Assembly (NCBI GenBank): GCA_053919585.1
Contig: CM132787.1
Length of the DNA: 64,000 nt
Source: Euprymna scolopes
Lineage: Eukaryota
Reading direction: 5' to 3' (one strand)
In this document: piece by piece, positions 1 to 12,377 of the stretch
Numbering within the stretch: the first letter of the stretch is position 1
Layout of the letters: each line of letters starts with the position of its first letter
Made by a program: the position numbers and the translations under genes
Notes under the pieces: model-generated
The model's database searches: none
The model's input: the letters and a program-made list of their open reading frames with translations, nothing else
Told to the model about the DNA's origin: nothing

Positions 1-1061
1 TTTAGATTTGTTTATAACGCTTGATTCTATTATGTGTGTGAGCTTATCCTTATAGGAGATTTGATCTTTCCATAATCACAGCCTTGTAACAGTGTCGTCA
101 TCAATTACGCTCTTGATCATGGTGATGTCTTTCTGTGAGACCTAGGTGTCTTGGAGACATTAAACCCTGCGTCGTATCATCTCCAATGTTCTCAGTAACC
201 AATATATTCAGATCTGTTACCATACCAGAGAACTACTGCACTTTTTCACTAAAAAGAAATAAATTCACGCGTTTTAATACTACAAATCTCTAAATTCGAA
301 ACTTTTCTGATTTGAATGTTTTTCCACAGGATTTAGTGTGATATAGTTCGTCCTGGCTACCTGATACCCCTGGCATGCCAACATGAAACACATATAATTT
401 GGAAAAAATATTGTTTACCGATTTCCTAATTTGTGGGTCGTCTATTCCTTTGAAATTTTTTAAGTAATTACAGTTCTAAACTATTTTTTCTTCGGTAAAC
501 ATTCACGTAAATGTTATGACCATTATAAAACTATTGCGTAATTTATTAGTCAATACATTGTGTTTCATTGATAATTTAGCAATCACATATTTGAAGAACT
601 TATCAAATATAAAAGCATTACATGCACAACAAAAAATATATCGGTCGAAACTTTATGGTCATAACAAGTTGTGATAAATATTTAAAGCATATCGATAATA
701 AGATATAACATCGGATCACGTCAATTGCATGCATTAAATAACAAGCATAACATCTATGAATTTAGTACTTAACTTTTTCACTCATTAACCACTACCGATT
801 TCTGATTTAGGCTCTAAGCAGTAAACAATTGCGAGAAGGTAAGCGCACGTGCAAAATTTTACTTAATTATATTTTCCCAGCAGGAAAACCAACGAAAGTA
901 AGCGTTTGCACCTGATTTCGTTAAGTGATGAACATCCCCTGAAACGCTTTGTTTACTTACATTTAATTCTCTTTTATTTTAAAGTGTTATTCTGGCTTCT
1001 GCAAAACATATTGATATGTTAAGTTTCCTTAGTATTTAGAGAAACATATTTTTTTGTATAG

Positions 1062-1309
1062 TGCTATCTAAAATTTCAGGTGTGTAGACTTTAAATTGTT
1101 GGAGCAGTTTGGTAGATTTCTCGAAGGTCAAATCCTTGAACATTGACCACTTAACGGCCAAATTTCTGGGCGAGAACGGATTAGAAAGATTTTCCCAAAT
1201 CTAACTACACAGAATATTAAATTCCGAGTCTTTAGACTGAAAATTTACAGAGTTATTGCATGGGAAGTGTACACAGACACAGGCACACGTTCACTTATAT
1301 AAGAATAGA
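1062..1309 (-). mobile_element. Non-autonomous Helitron family A, 5' portion
   Basis: The minus strand begins TCTATTCTTATATAAGTGAACGTGTG, followed by a GT/CTGT microsatellite. The body aligns by eye to the copies at 16670, 32323 and 37891-41665. Confidence 0.7.
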
Positions 1310-1314
1310 ATTAT

Positions 1315-1520
1315 TGTTGTGTCGTGGAACAACAATGAGAATAAGAACAATCAAGTATTAACAATAATGTAAAAATATAGGAAAGTGTGTATGTTTGCTG
1401 GGCACTCGGCTAGGAGTTGAAGTGCAGTCGCATATCTTCCACCGCTGTTGGAATTACTAGCGCTATTTATAGTGATAATCGGTGTAAATTCCTCTGTTCA
1501 AGGAAGGTCGTCTGGTATTA
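1315..1520 (-). repeat. 3' LTR of the Gypsy element
   Basis: Shares GGCACTCGGCTAG.AGTTGAAGTGCAGTC and TAATCGGTGTAAATTCCTCTGTTCAAGGAA with 6159-6387. It lacks a ~20-bp segment present in the other LTR. Confidence 0.9.
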
Positions 1521-4330
1521 ATAACGTTTTTGTTTTGTGTACACCCTAATCGGTTCTGATGGTTTCCGTTTTCTGTTTGATCTTCTGTTCTCCGGAACTG
1601 TCTCTGGTATGGGCACCTGAAAAGTACCAAACACTTTGTCAATGATGTCCTCCTCGGGAGATCTGGTCACCTCACTGGTCGAGTATATTTTCCGAATTTG
1701 GTTAATGTTACGCGTGTGCACGAAGGCTGGTCCCTTAATCATGTAGCCCAAAGTCGGGCTCCCAGAAAATCCTATTATACTTGTTAATCTGGGAGAAGAC
1801 TTTTCTCCAACTTTATACCCTTTTTTTGTGATCGTTTTTTTTTCTTTAGGTTTGGGTTATCCTGGTTTAGTAAGAACCTGTGAAAAAGTTTTTTTACAGA
1901 GCTCTCTGGAAATAATCAAGGAATTACTATGCATGTCTAGTACTTCTTGTGTGGTATGGTGGAATGGTTATATGCCCGATTAGATTATCCTCGCAAAAAT
2001 GTTTAAATTCGGTAGACGTAAATTGCGTTCCATTGTCTGTAACAATGCAGTCTTCTACTCCAAACCTAGCGAATCGTTCATACATGAAGTTTATAGTTAC
2101 CTCGGATGTGAGATTCTTACATTTTTATGCTTCTGTGCGTTTAGAAAGGTTGTCTATAACAATGAGATAGTAGACCCCATCTAGCGGTCCTGCAAAGCCT
2201 GAATGAATCCTAAACCAAGGTCGGTCCGTTTTTTGCCCAGGATCCGCTTATAATCGGAGGAGCTTTCATAGCTAAGGCGCATTCTCTACACTCCCTGATA
2301 TTTTCTTCTATATCCTTATCCATGTTTGGTCAATAAACGAAAGAACGCATAGGGCTTTTCATGATTGATATACCTGGATGTCCTACATGGAATTTCTTGA
2401 GCATTTTCTGTAATCTCGCAGGAATTACGACCCTGTCACTATATAACGGGCCTTTATGACAAATTGATTAAATGTATTCATCCAGATCGTTATCGTAGAT
2501 CCTTTCTTTCGTGTGTATAATAACTCCGTCCACATCTGCTTTACTCTTAATCTCATCAAGCGTTACTGGAAATTCTTTTATTGTGTCACATATAGTATTT
2601 TTAACTCAACTTCCGCTTGAATGGCTTTATTACCACATGCTCTCCTGGTTCTGTCTGCTTAGGTATTAACCTCAATAACCCGTCTGCATGACCACCTTTT
2701 TTAGATGGTACACACCTAATTTGAAAATTGTAATTCAGAAGTATGTACCCCCTGTTTGGAGTCTATTCGCCGTATGTTGCGGAAGTCCCTTTCTCGATCC
2801 GAAAATCGTTAATAATGGTTTGTGGCCCGTTTGTAATAGAAATTGCCTAACGTGCAGGATCCTATGACATTTCTTAACCGCGAATATAATGCATAACGTC
2901 TCTTTTTTCAATTTGCGAGTACTTCTTTTCGACTGGCAAACGTGATCAAGGTGAATGTGCTATGGGTTTCAATTTTCCATCATCCATTTTGTGTAAAATG
3001 CATGCTCCTATGCCCTGAGAGATGGCATCGCTTGCAACTATAATTTAACGTTAAGGATTATAATCTGCCAGAAACAAGTCAGACATTAATGTCTCTTTAA
3101 TTTTCCGAAATGCTTCTTCGCACTCTTGTGTCAAGACCCAGTTTTGCTCGTACCTTAAGAGTTCATTTAAAAGCAAAATTAGTTTACGCATATTTTGCAC
3201 ACATATATTGTAGTAATTGGGCAAACCAAAAAAACTTTATAAAGACACAATATATTCTGGAGCAGACGTATTCTTAACTGCATCCGATCTATCTGAATCG
3301 GTTCTTCTTCCATGTTTATCGATGATTTGACCCAAGTATTTTATTTTCTCCATGAAAAATGTACATATTTACTGTTTTATTTTACTGGATCCTTTTGACT
3401 ACTTAGTGTACATGAGCTTTGTGTTGTTCTTTTCAAGCGCTTTTCATTAACACATCGACCATTTACACTACTGCTAAAGAAAACCCATTAAACATAATGC
3501 CCATACATCGCTGAAAAATCGCAGGGCGACTTTAATCCCAAAAGGTAGCCTGTTAAACTTTTACAATCCCTTATATGTATTAATACATAGCAGCTTTGAA
3601 CACTCCTCATCGACTGGAACTTGTAAGTGCGCGTCACTGAGGTCGATTTTAGAAAAATATTTCCCTCCGCTTGGTTGCGCAAATATCTCTTCAGGGCTCG
3701 GAAGAGTATAATGATGATCTTGTAATAGCCTGTTAAAGCCTGCCGCGATGTCGGCGCAAACCTGAATCTCCTTACTCTTCTTTTTGTTGTATACCGTTGG
3801 TGCGGCCTACTCACTGATATCAATTTTTCCGATGACACCCGTGTTTTCGAGTTGTTCTAATTTACCGTCTATTTGTTCTATAGATGCGTATGGAGCATTT
3901 GTTTTCTTTCTGAACACTAGCTGTTCATGTACTTTTACGTTTGCTACCGCTTTTCTACACCTTCCCAAACCGCCTGAAAATACGTCTGGAAATTTCTCTT
4001 TTAACTCCCTGTTAAGTTTTTCTGCCTCCCCATTCGAATCCTCAACCTTTTGGCAAAATATGCTTAAAGGCAGATCCCATAGTCTAAATATTTGGTTGTT
4101 TGATTTTCGCAGAACAAAAATTCTGATTTTCGGCTTTGTTCTTGAAAAAAACAATATTAATAACTAATTCTCTGTCGAAGGTAATTTTTCGCCACTGACG
4201 CTTCTCACCGTTTTATGTTATTTAATCATAGTTCGTCTCACAAGCCTCTTCCATGTCTGTACATTAATAATAAAAATCTCAGACTCAATATCAAGCTATA
4301 GCCTTACTTTCTTTTTAAACATTTTGGCCT
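1518..4330 (-). pseudogene. pol: Gypsy pol (protease, RT, RNase H, integrase) with frameshifts, stops and deletions
   Basis: Minus-strand motifs: LDIES (decayed LDTGS, ~4285), FPDVFSGGLGRC...LEQLENTGVI (RT N-terminus, ORF 3807-4154), VASDA (RNase H, ~3030), HVGHPG (integrase Zn-binding, ~2380) and IVTDNGTQFTSTEFKHFC...PPYH (integrase core, ~1950-2045). Confidence 0.9.
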
Positions 4331-4376
4331 GTACATATTCCCGGATATTTTGTTCCTCAGTGTAAATTTTCGTAAG

Positions 4377-5364
4377 TTAAATGGATGTTATTCTACCAGA
4401 TTTTCTTCTACAATGCGATGTTTTATGCCCTTTCTGGTGGCAGTTGCCACATTGTTTGAATTTGTACGGACACTTATTGTACCAAGGTTTATTTCCACAC
4501 CTCCAACATGGTCCAGGTGGATCTTCCTGCTGTTTCTTTCTCTGGTTATTTTTCTTTTGATCGACCTTTTTAATATGCGACACTATGTTTTCCTCTATGT
4601 TACGACTATCTTATTTCTACGCAATAGACCATTCACAGTCTTTCGCTAAGTTTTTTAGTTTAAAATTCGGTTCGTTTTCGTGTTTATTTAAAATACGACG
4701 CCTAATTTCAGCCTTTTTGTTAATATCAGCCCTTGCAAATATTAAACTTTTAAAATTATCTGCTGATAATTCCTCCTGTTAAAAAAATCGTCGCAATGCT
4801 TGCTCCCTATAGTTGCATAAGTAGCGTAGTTGTCTTACTCTCTATTAACATTCATACATTTATATCGCCTATGGAAAAGAGACGTTTTTTGCTGAAAACA
4901 CTTTTGTATGTAGCGTAATTGTTTCTTGGAAGCTCAACTCACTGGCCTCTTTTGGGGGAATAAAATTCACGAACTTGGTATGTTCGGCTGTTCCCAATTT
5001 CCTTAGCAAAAGCCAACTTTTCCACGTCTCACTAGGAACTACAGTCCGATATAAAAATATCCTCATACCGCTTATAGTGCTGGATGAAAGTGACATCGTC
5101 TTCTGGATTATAATTGAAATTTCCAATAGCGGCCCACACACATGTTTTAGAAAATGCGTTATGACTATCGTCCGCTTTAGTTATCTGTGTCGCCTGCAGC
5201 ATTTCTTGATCCTCCTGTGTTTTCCTCAATATTTCCTCTGAGCATTTCTTTTGTTGATGCATTTTTTCTTCAAATGCTTGTTTAAATCTCCTTTCTCTTC
5301 CTACTTGTTGCTGAATTTGCTGCTTTTGCAACGCATAATTTTGCTCTGCTTGGAACTGTAACAA
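4377..5364 (-). pseudogene. gag: Gypsy gag, frameshifted, with tandem zinc knuckles
   Basis: ORFs 5032-5364 (FNYNPEDDVTFIQHYKRYEDIF), 4869-5141 (LLLRKLGTAEHTKFVNFIPPK) and 4377-4583 (CWRCG...CPYKFKQCGNCHQKGHKTSHC). Confidence 0.88.
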
Positions 5365-6143
5365 TTACAACATAAAAACTTTGAATTTCACATTCACCAT
5401 ACGAACTCACTTTCCAATTTACACTTGTACTAAAGAAATAGTAAAAAAAGAATCAACCAAGTTTTCTTTCCTAATTCTTTTGTGTGAAGAACAACAGTTT
5501 ATCAGTGTATTTGTAATTTAATTTGTTGAACGCTATATTTCTAGTCTTACTTGAAACAATCTAGCGAAATATTCGTTTAATATTTTTTTTATTTGCACGC
5601 GTTGTTACGTAGCTAAAATAAAACTCGTCGCTTTAAATATCCGACGAATTCCTATGGGAAACCTTTTAGGTTTTTCCCTCTCTCTCTCTTTGCCTTTTGC
5701 AAAAAAATGACTTGGTTCTTTACGTGTTTGCTAAGCACAAATGACGTACACGAATAATAATTTTCACGGCCTGTCTCTTTGTCTCTTGACAAAGTCAAGC
5801 ATGTTTTTTTTTTCAAATCCCAGATGTTATCGAAATAACGATAAGCTTACACGGTATTTTCTAGTTGGTGTTGGACATTAAACTTTGCCGAAGAAAATTC
5901 TTACCGTAAGAAAAATGGACCGTTTTTATCTTTCCAAAACACTTGGTAAGTGTATCCAATTATTAAATGATTGACAACATTCGAGTTGTACGCTGTAGAT
6001 TTTAGTAGTAAGTGTTTTTCCCGTCGCCAAATTACTATTGTAGTAATTACTTACCCGTTGACGAAGGTGTTGTGCCGTAGCGATTTTATGAATCTTTATG
6101 TCAATCACATTTGGTGATTCTCTGCACTGATGGTCGTTTCGAT

Positions 6144-6155
6144 TCCTTGTCACCA
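6144..6155 (-). promoter_or_regulatory. Primer-binding site, tRNA-Ser(GCU)-like
   Basis: Minus-strand TGGTGACAAGGA lies 3 nt inside the 5' LTR. It differs from TGGCGACGAGGA (complement of the tRNA-Ser-GCU 3' end, recalled from memory) by two CpG-type transitions. Confidence 0.7.
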
Positions 6156-6158
6156 ATC

Positions 6159-6387
6159 TGTTGTGTCGTAGAATAACAGTGAAAATAAGAACACTCAAGT
6201 CGAGGTGCGGTTAAGGAACATCTGTAATAAGAATAATGTCCAAAGATAGAAAAGCGTGCATATCTGCTAGGCACTCGGCTAGCAGTTGAAGTGCAGTCAC
6301 ATATCTCTCGCCGCTGTGGGAATTACTAGTGCTATTTATAGTGCTAATCGGTGTAAATTCCTCTGTTCAAGGAAAGCCGGTATAGCA
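6159..6387 (-). repeat. 5' LTR of the Gypsy element
   Basis: TG...CA termini (TGTTGT...TATAGCA) and direct repeat of 1315-1520. Confidence 0.92.
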
Positions 6388-6994
6388 TTTATGTATTTCG
6401 GAATTATGAATGTTTATCGGGATTTCTATGAACAATATCTCATACATCCACTGTTAATCCAAAATCCTCCAGTATAAAAGCGAATTGACTGCTTTAACAG
6501 TACTCGCTGTAAAACGTTAGACCATTGCCGATTATATATCCTGGCAAACCGTTTATACTTCTGAATTGATTGTTACTTTGTCATTCTTTTATTTGAATAT
6601 ACGTCAACCAGATTAAAGGTAGTTTGACTTATAATATATTATAGAAAATTATGTTTCAACCAAATTTTTGTCTTTATTAGATTTACAAATTGTTTATTAT
6701 TAGTTTGAGTAGTATTATTATTAGTAGTATAGTATTAATATTAGCATAAGTATTGGTGGTTGGAGTAGTTGTGTTCTTGTTGCTCCTGATGTTACTGATA
6801 TAATTATAACCATCAGGGAAACCAGAGGTTCTCATTATTGAATCAAGACTATTACTATGACAGTTTCATCATGCTCTAAACACTATATAGCTTCCGTTTT
6901 TTTTCCAATTATGCTGCATAGTTCGAAGGATGTCAAAACATCGTTAAACTCATGACTATATATATATATTAATTGTCTGTATTTTTGAGATGAG

Positions 6995-7719
6995 TTGTTT
7001 TCATTGATTGAGATTGTCGGACTGACTTCCTCATCTTGGTTGTAATTGTCACAACGTTTCGGCCGTTTTGCCCTCCGGCCTTCGTTAGGTGAACGGTTTG
7101 TTAGGAGTCTCGAACCCAACCCTTTATTATTATTACGGGGGTACCGTGTTCGGACTCCAGCTAGGCTTTGGGACATAGTTGCTGGTTCTCTGTTTTTCAA
7201 TGTTACTTTTTCACTGCCTTCGTTCAGGATGTTGTTATTCAAGGTTTTCTCTCTCTATCAGAGGTGTCCAAATTGCATTCAGCTCTATGCTTGGTTTGCT
7301 CAGTAGGTTTTTATGTCCGAGCATGTGAGCTGTTTCTTTAAGTTTTCTCACTTTCCAGTTCTCTCTGTTTATTATTTTTACTTCATCCCATAGGGGGCGA
7401 TGACCCCCCTCTCCATCCAGACATGGTTGGCTATACCCGATTTTTCGTCTCCCCTTTAGTTACCGCTTTTCGGTGTTCTTCCACCCTTACTTTAAGGGGG
7501 CGGCATGTTTCACCCTTGTAAACCTTTCTGCAACTGCATGGGATGGAGTATATGCAGTGTTTGGTCATGTTCTCATCCATGCGGGGCTTCACTCGTACCA
7601 GGTGTCGTCTGAGTGTCGACTCGCTTTTGAATACCGTCCTGATGTTGTAGGGCGCACATATTCTCTGAATCTTTTCGGAGATGCCTCGTATGTATGGTAG
7701 GCAGACCGTTGGAGGTTTT
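6995..7719 (-). mobile_element. Penelope-like retroelement 3' end (GIY-YIG endonuclease plus 3' terminal region), cut by a gap
   Basis: Manual minus-strand translation gives TVCLPYIRGISEKIQRICAPYNIRTVFK...CIYSIPCSCRKVYKGETCRPL/KVRVEEH...SGIANHVW, the Penelope/Poseidon-type linker and GIY-YIG motif, with frameshifts. A hammerhead motif follows downstream. Confidence 0.92.
7049..7092 (-). ncRNA. Minimal type I hammerhead ribozyme (PLE-associated), core mutated
   Basis: Minus strand: UCAC-CUAACGA-A-GGCCG(GAGGGCAAAA)CGGCC-GAAA-CG-UU-GUGA. Stem I UCAC/GUGA, 5-bp stem II, palindromic minimal stem III, and a G5-to-A core change. Confidence 0.8.
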
Positions 7720-10260
7720 NNNNNNNNNNNNNNNNNNNNNNNNNNNNNNNNNNNNNNNNNNNNNNNNNNNNNNNNNNNNNNNNNNNNNNNNNNNNNNNNN
7801 NNNNNNNNNNNNNNNNNNNNNNNNNNNNNNNNNNNNNNNNNNNNNNNNNNNNNNNNNNNNNNNCAATTAAATTTGGTAAACCCGCTTAAAAATATCGTAT
7901 AGATATCGCTAAAGTTTTCATAAAATTGAATATACGGATACGAATGTTAAACTAGGGAAGCGTTTTCTTCTATATTGCCTGGGGTGTGCGTGGAAATTTC
8001 ATACACTTAGAAGCCCAGCGTATTATGTTCATTTTTCACAGAGAATTAAATACATCTCCGGCTCATATTCAAATAGTTTGAAAGACTTCCCCGAACATAG
8101 GTGTCTGATAAAAAAATTCACTGGCGAACAATCAAGACAACTATACACAAGTCCTAACGTAAAAAGCAATGCAAATGCTCAATGGCAGTCGAGTAATAGT
8201 AATAACCGATTTTAACGATTGGAGCCATTATACTAAATAAAAATAAGTTGTATATCAAATATGTCTAATTTGGCAGCGAATTATAAGTAACACAATATGA
8301 CGTGAGAAAATAACTCAAGACAAAATGGCAAAGAGAAGTTATTATCGTTATAAATATCATTTATCGCCTTTTTTATTCAATAAATAATCAAACATGTTAA
8401 ATTATTTATGGGCGAATAACCTAATAAAGTCTAAATGGGACAGAATATTGAGTTACTGGTATCCTGTCCATAGTATGTCTGTGAATATATGCAATTAATT
8501 TTATTTCTTATGTCAAAAAATAATAATCAATATGATTATCGGTTTTTTTATAATGAGAAAGTTTATAAATATTTATAATCTTTAAAAAGTTCAACAAAAT
8601 ATAAATTGCATTTTTATTAGTGCATGAGGCACATCATATTGACTGTAAATAAAATATATTTTTTATATTCTAGTATCTTCTTACTAATAACAATAAAATA
8701 ATAAAATTATATTTATTCATTAAGACAACATCTTCAGAATAATATATAGCAGCAACGTTTAGTATCTGTTCTGAGACTACATCACTTTTCTGTCCTCGTT
8801 ATGTGGACGAGAAATCCTTGTTAACTTGTTTTTCTTACAAAATAAACAGTCTGAAAAAAGTTAAACCACTAACATCTCAGCAAGCTAGATAGAAAAATCG
8901 AGTTTGCCTCTTTGAAAACAAGAGCAAATTAGTATAAATATTTGAAAAATATTATGCGGTCTCTAGTTTCGTTTTTGAATTGAATAAACGCTTTAAAATA
9001 AGGTGAACAACTAAAATCTTAGCCAGCTAGGTAGAAAACGAACACTTAGAAATCGACTTTCCGTTTTTGAAATATAAAGGGAATCGACTAAAAATATTCT
9101 TTAAAATATTAGGTGGGTAGTCTCTTTTTAAAACAATGTCTCCTTCAAGAATAGTCCTAAAATGTGCGTATGCATTTTTGGTACAAGGCTATTTGTAAAT
9201 AATCTTTTCCTGTGCAATTCAAGTTTTCAATAACGCTGTTAGAAATTGAGGGTAGTAGCAACAGCAATAGTTATAGCGGGCAGTTATTAAATGTTATGTT
9301 ATGTTAGTATGAATAGTTGTCCAGTTTAAGGACCGATTTTGTAATTTTTTTTTTGAATCGATATTATATTAAATTATAGAAAATAATATCTGAAGTGTAA
9401 CAGAAGAATATGGAGGTTATTAATAATTAATTAATATAAGTAAGTCATTAAATATTTGGTGAAGAATTTAACTCAATAGTCTGAAAGTAATATTTTGTCG
9501 AGCAGTTACTTGCTCGACTAAATAAATAAAAAGTTTGCTACCTGGAAATAGCACGGGGAACGGACGTTGCCCGGAATTTAATAGGGATCAATGAGTTTTT
9601 ATACTCCCATATTTTATTAAACCGAAATCGGTTTAAAAGCCCATTTTTACATCTAATCGATTAATTGGCGTCTTTAGTTGGAGGCCCAATGCAGCGCAAC
9701 GGAGGAGAAACGCCATATGCTTCTCTGCATAACTTCGTGCACAGTAAATCATAGTTTACATTGCATTGTAGTGAAATAACTGTTAATATTATTATCTATT
9801 TTTTATATAATACAATTTTAAATGCAAATGTCATATATCACTGTTTGGTTGTGAACTAAATAGAAACAAAAGTTACGAACGCACACTTTCTATATAAAAA
9901 AAAAATTGTGGATTTTATGTAATGAGATGTTCTATTTGTGCGGTGATAATGCGCCAGCTTTTTCTAGTCTCGCACAAAACACGCGTTCACATCTGAAGCT
10001 ATATTACTTGTCATATACATACGCGCAAACAAACATACGGGCGCACGTCCACACACGTACATATATTCACGTTCACGTATATACACGCACATTCACGTGT
10101 ATACACACCCACACACACACGCTAACGTACACACATTTACCCACAGACGCGAATACGTACGCATACATGGGCAACGTCACGTCTCTTTCAAAGGAAATCC
10201 ACACATGCGCAAAAGACCACCGGAAACAACTATAAAAGCAAGAGACAAGCTGTTTCCTAC

Positions 10261-10732
10261 CCTTTCGCGACTCGTCTTCCGAGCAAGTGGTCGGCGGACC
10301 AGCCGCCTCCATTGCGGCGCACGTACGCCTCACGCCACCTGCTACTATGTTGGGCAAAGGCTAACAGACAGTACGTACACTTTCTTTCTCTGCCCATGAA
10401 CTGGATTGACTTTCTCACTCTTTTTCCCCCTTTTGCTTTGGTCAATCAGCCAGACAACTCGTATCTACAACTTGTGCCTCAGAACACCTCCGCGTAGCTG
10501 ACTGCTAACATCGCACGCTGCTTAAATGATCTCAACCCTCTCTCTCTCTTTCTCTTTCTACATGCCGGACTGCCATTTCTCGTTTCTCTACTCCATTCCG
10601 TTTTCTTGCCACGCGCGAACAAACGTTGGTAACCCGAACGTGAGATAAACACGCATTTTCTTTTTCTTTCTATACCATCAGTCCCGCAACAAACGATGGT
10701 GACACCCGCGCGGATATGAACACGTGTTACAC
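10261..10732 (-). other. CpG-rich segment, candidate host-gene exon with a short coding start (MEAAGPPTTCSEDESRK)
   Basis: Local GC/CpG enrichment. GCAATGG start context at 10312, donor AAGG|GTAGGA at 10261/10260, and possible acceptor TTTTAG|G at 10733. No homology recognised. Confidence 0.25.
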
Positions 10733-11089
10733 CTAAAACATTCATTTTTCAACAGAAAATAAACGACATGTTTATTTTATCCAGCAATTGAGTTTTTGTT
10801 TCCTTCATTCCATTCTTTTCATTATTTTCTTTTGTAGCGAGTTAGGATATTTATATCCTGGTCCGCAACAATAATGGGTTTAACTAATGTATAAAATGCA
10901 ACATTGCAATATTATGGTTCAATTGTGCTCTAATCAGCATAATTTATTTCAAACATGCCACAAGAAAATAATATTGAGGGTCCTTGTGTGATAACAAAAC
11001 TTCACAAATACAATCGTGATGTTAAACTGTATAAGGCGTGCATATTTTGTGAAAATTGCTTGTTTCTCGTTTCATCTGAAATTCGATTA

Positions 11090-11250
11090 TTAAATATCGG
11101 TACTTATAAAATACATTTCGATACAAATCCTTCCTAAAAACAATGCCAGGTACATAGAATATAATTCTTTTAAATTTCATGAAAATCGGCTCAGCGTTTT
11201 GGGAATCAAGCTCACACACATGAACAAAGCTAGTGTTTATATAGGATATA
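11090..11250 (-). mobile_element. Possible 5' remnant of a second, Lep1-like Helitron family
   Basis: AAATTTCATGAAAATCGGCTCAGCGTTT, a CA microsatellite and TTTATATAGGAT resemble the reverse-complement 5' end of Lep1-type Helitrons. Confidence 0.35.
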
Positions 11251-12117
11251 TATAGCATTATTCTTATAAATTTATATTATATGTTCCATTAATTATTTGC
11301 GTAATAATCATCCTGATCCTGTCTAACTTCGTGTTTCGACTTTCTGAAAGAACTATTAAAATTAGTTTTTTTTTTAATATATAGCGATTATCGTAAACAA
11401 AAATCACTTATAAGGAGCGTAACTATAATATTTCGTATATTTGATATGACATTTTATTAAGATCAATGTACAAAATACATATAAGTGTTTAAATCTAAAA
11501 TAATGTCTTCAATTTTTTATTGAGTCAGAATGGATAAAAAAGGATTGACAACTACATGGTTATGATGCATTAACTTTTGCATTCATAACATGGAACTTGA
11601 ATGTACATGTTGCTTGAATTGACGGTTTGAGACTAAGAACGATTTCCCTCTCATAGAAGTGCGTCAAAAGCAGAGATGTATAATTGAATTCCTCTAGGCC
11701 AAAACATCTATTGATTAACATTATCCGCTCATATTGTATGTTTATACAACCGATTGTAACGAGATGGGTTCGTTTAGTTGAAAGTGACCATCGGGATCTG
11801 AATAACGAAGCGCGCTTCGGGCGCTCATGCTAAATCAACACCCGGGAAAATATTGCACGCCTCCACACTCTAATTCGCGCTGACCCATGAATAGCGGTCA
11901 ATGTAAAGAGAGTTTAATGTTCATGTTAGTGCACTTGAGAATATGTTGTCATATTTAAGTGTGAGCTATGTGGATTCACCGAATTCAAACGCAGAATCAT
12001 ACTGTCAACGGCCGAGATATCTGTCTGGACTTTTTGATTCAGTACAAAAGTGAAGGTGACAGGATCTATGATTGCAATATAACTAGTTACGAATCGTATT
12101 GTTACAACTACGAGCCG

Positions 12118-12195
<78 letters not shown>

Positions 12196-12251
12196 CCTTA
12201 ATTGGAATTCATTTTTTGAGATGAGCATTATATATTAATTTTTTCTTTTTA

Positions 12252-12377
12252 TTATTTCGGACTATTAGTCTCATCTTTATCTGACGAAGGCCAGAGGAAG
12301 TTGGCCGAAACGTTGTGAACCAATAAAAAGATCCAAAAACAACAACTAATAAAGATGAGACTAATAGTCCGAAATAA
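12252..12377 (+). mobile_element. 126-bp foldback element: perfect 29-bp inverted repeats enclosing a hammerhead (PLE 3'-end derivative)
   Basis: TTATTTCGGACTATTAGTCTCATCTTTAT (12252-12280) is the exact reverse complement of 12349-12377. The downstream motif AAGATGAG.......AGTCCGA is shared with the PLE end at ~7016-7036. Confidence 0.85.
12276..12319 (+). ncRNA. Minimal type I hammerhead ribozyme, intact core
   Basis: UUUAU-CUGACGA-A-GGCCA(GAGGAAGU)UGGCC-GAAA-CG-UU-GUGAA. Stem I has 5 bp with two GU pairs, and AATAAA follows at 12322. Confidence 0.82.

Larger units (their letters stand above)
1315..6387 (-). mobile_element. Gypsy/Ty3 LTR retrotransposon, degraded, probably Mag-like clade
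   Basis: Two short direct repeats (1315-~1520 and 6159-6387) start with TGTTGTGTCGT. Internal minus-strand order is gag, protease, RT, RNase H, integrase. A PBS lies next to the 5' LTR. Possible 5-bp TSD ATTAT/TTTAT with one mismatch. The Mag call is inferred from the short LTRs, paired zinc knuckles and Ser-type PBS. Confidence 0.93.

Noticed and set aside
1949-5241. Plus-strand ORFs inside the Gypsy element
   Set aside because: They are antisense shadows of gag/pol. The recognisable motifs are on the minus strand.
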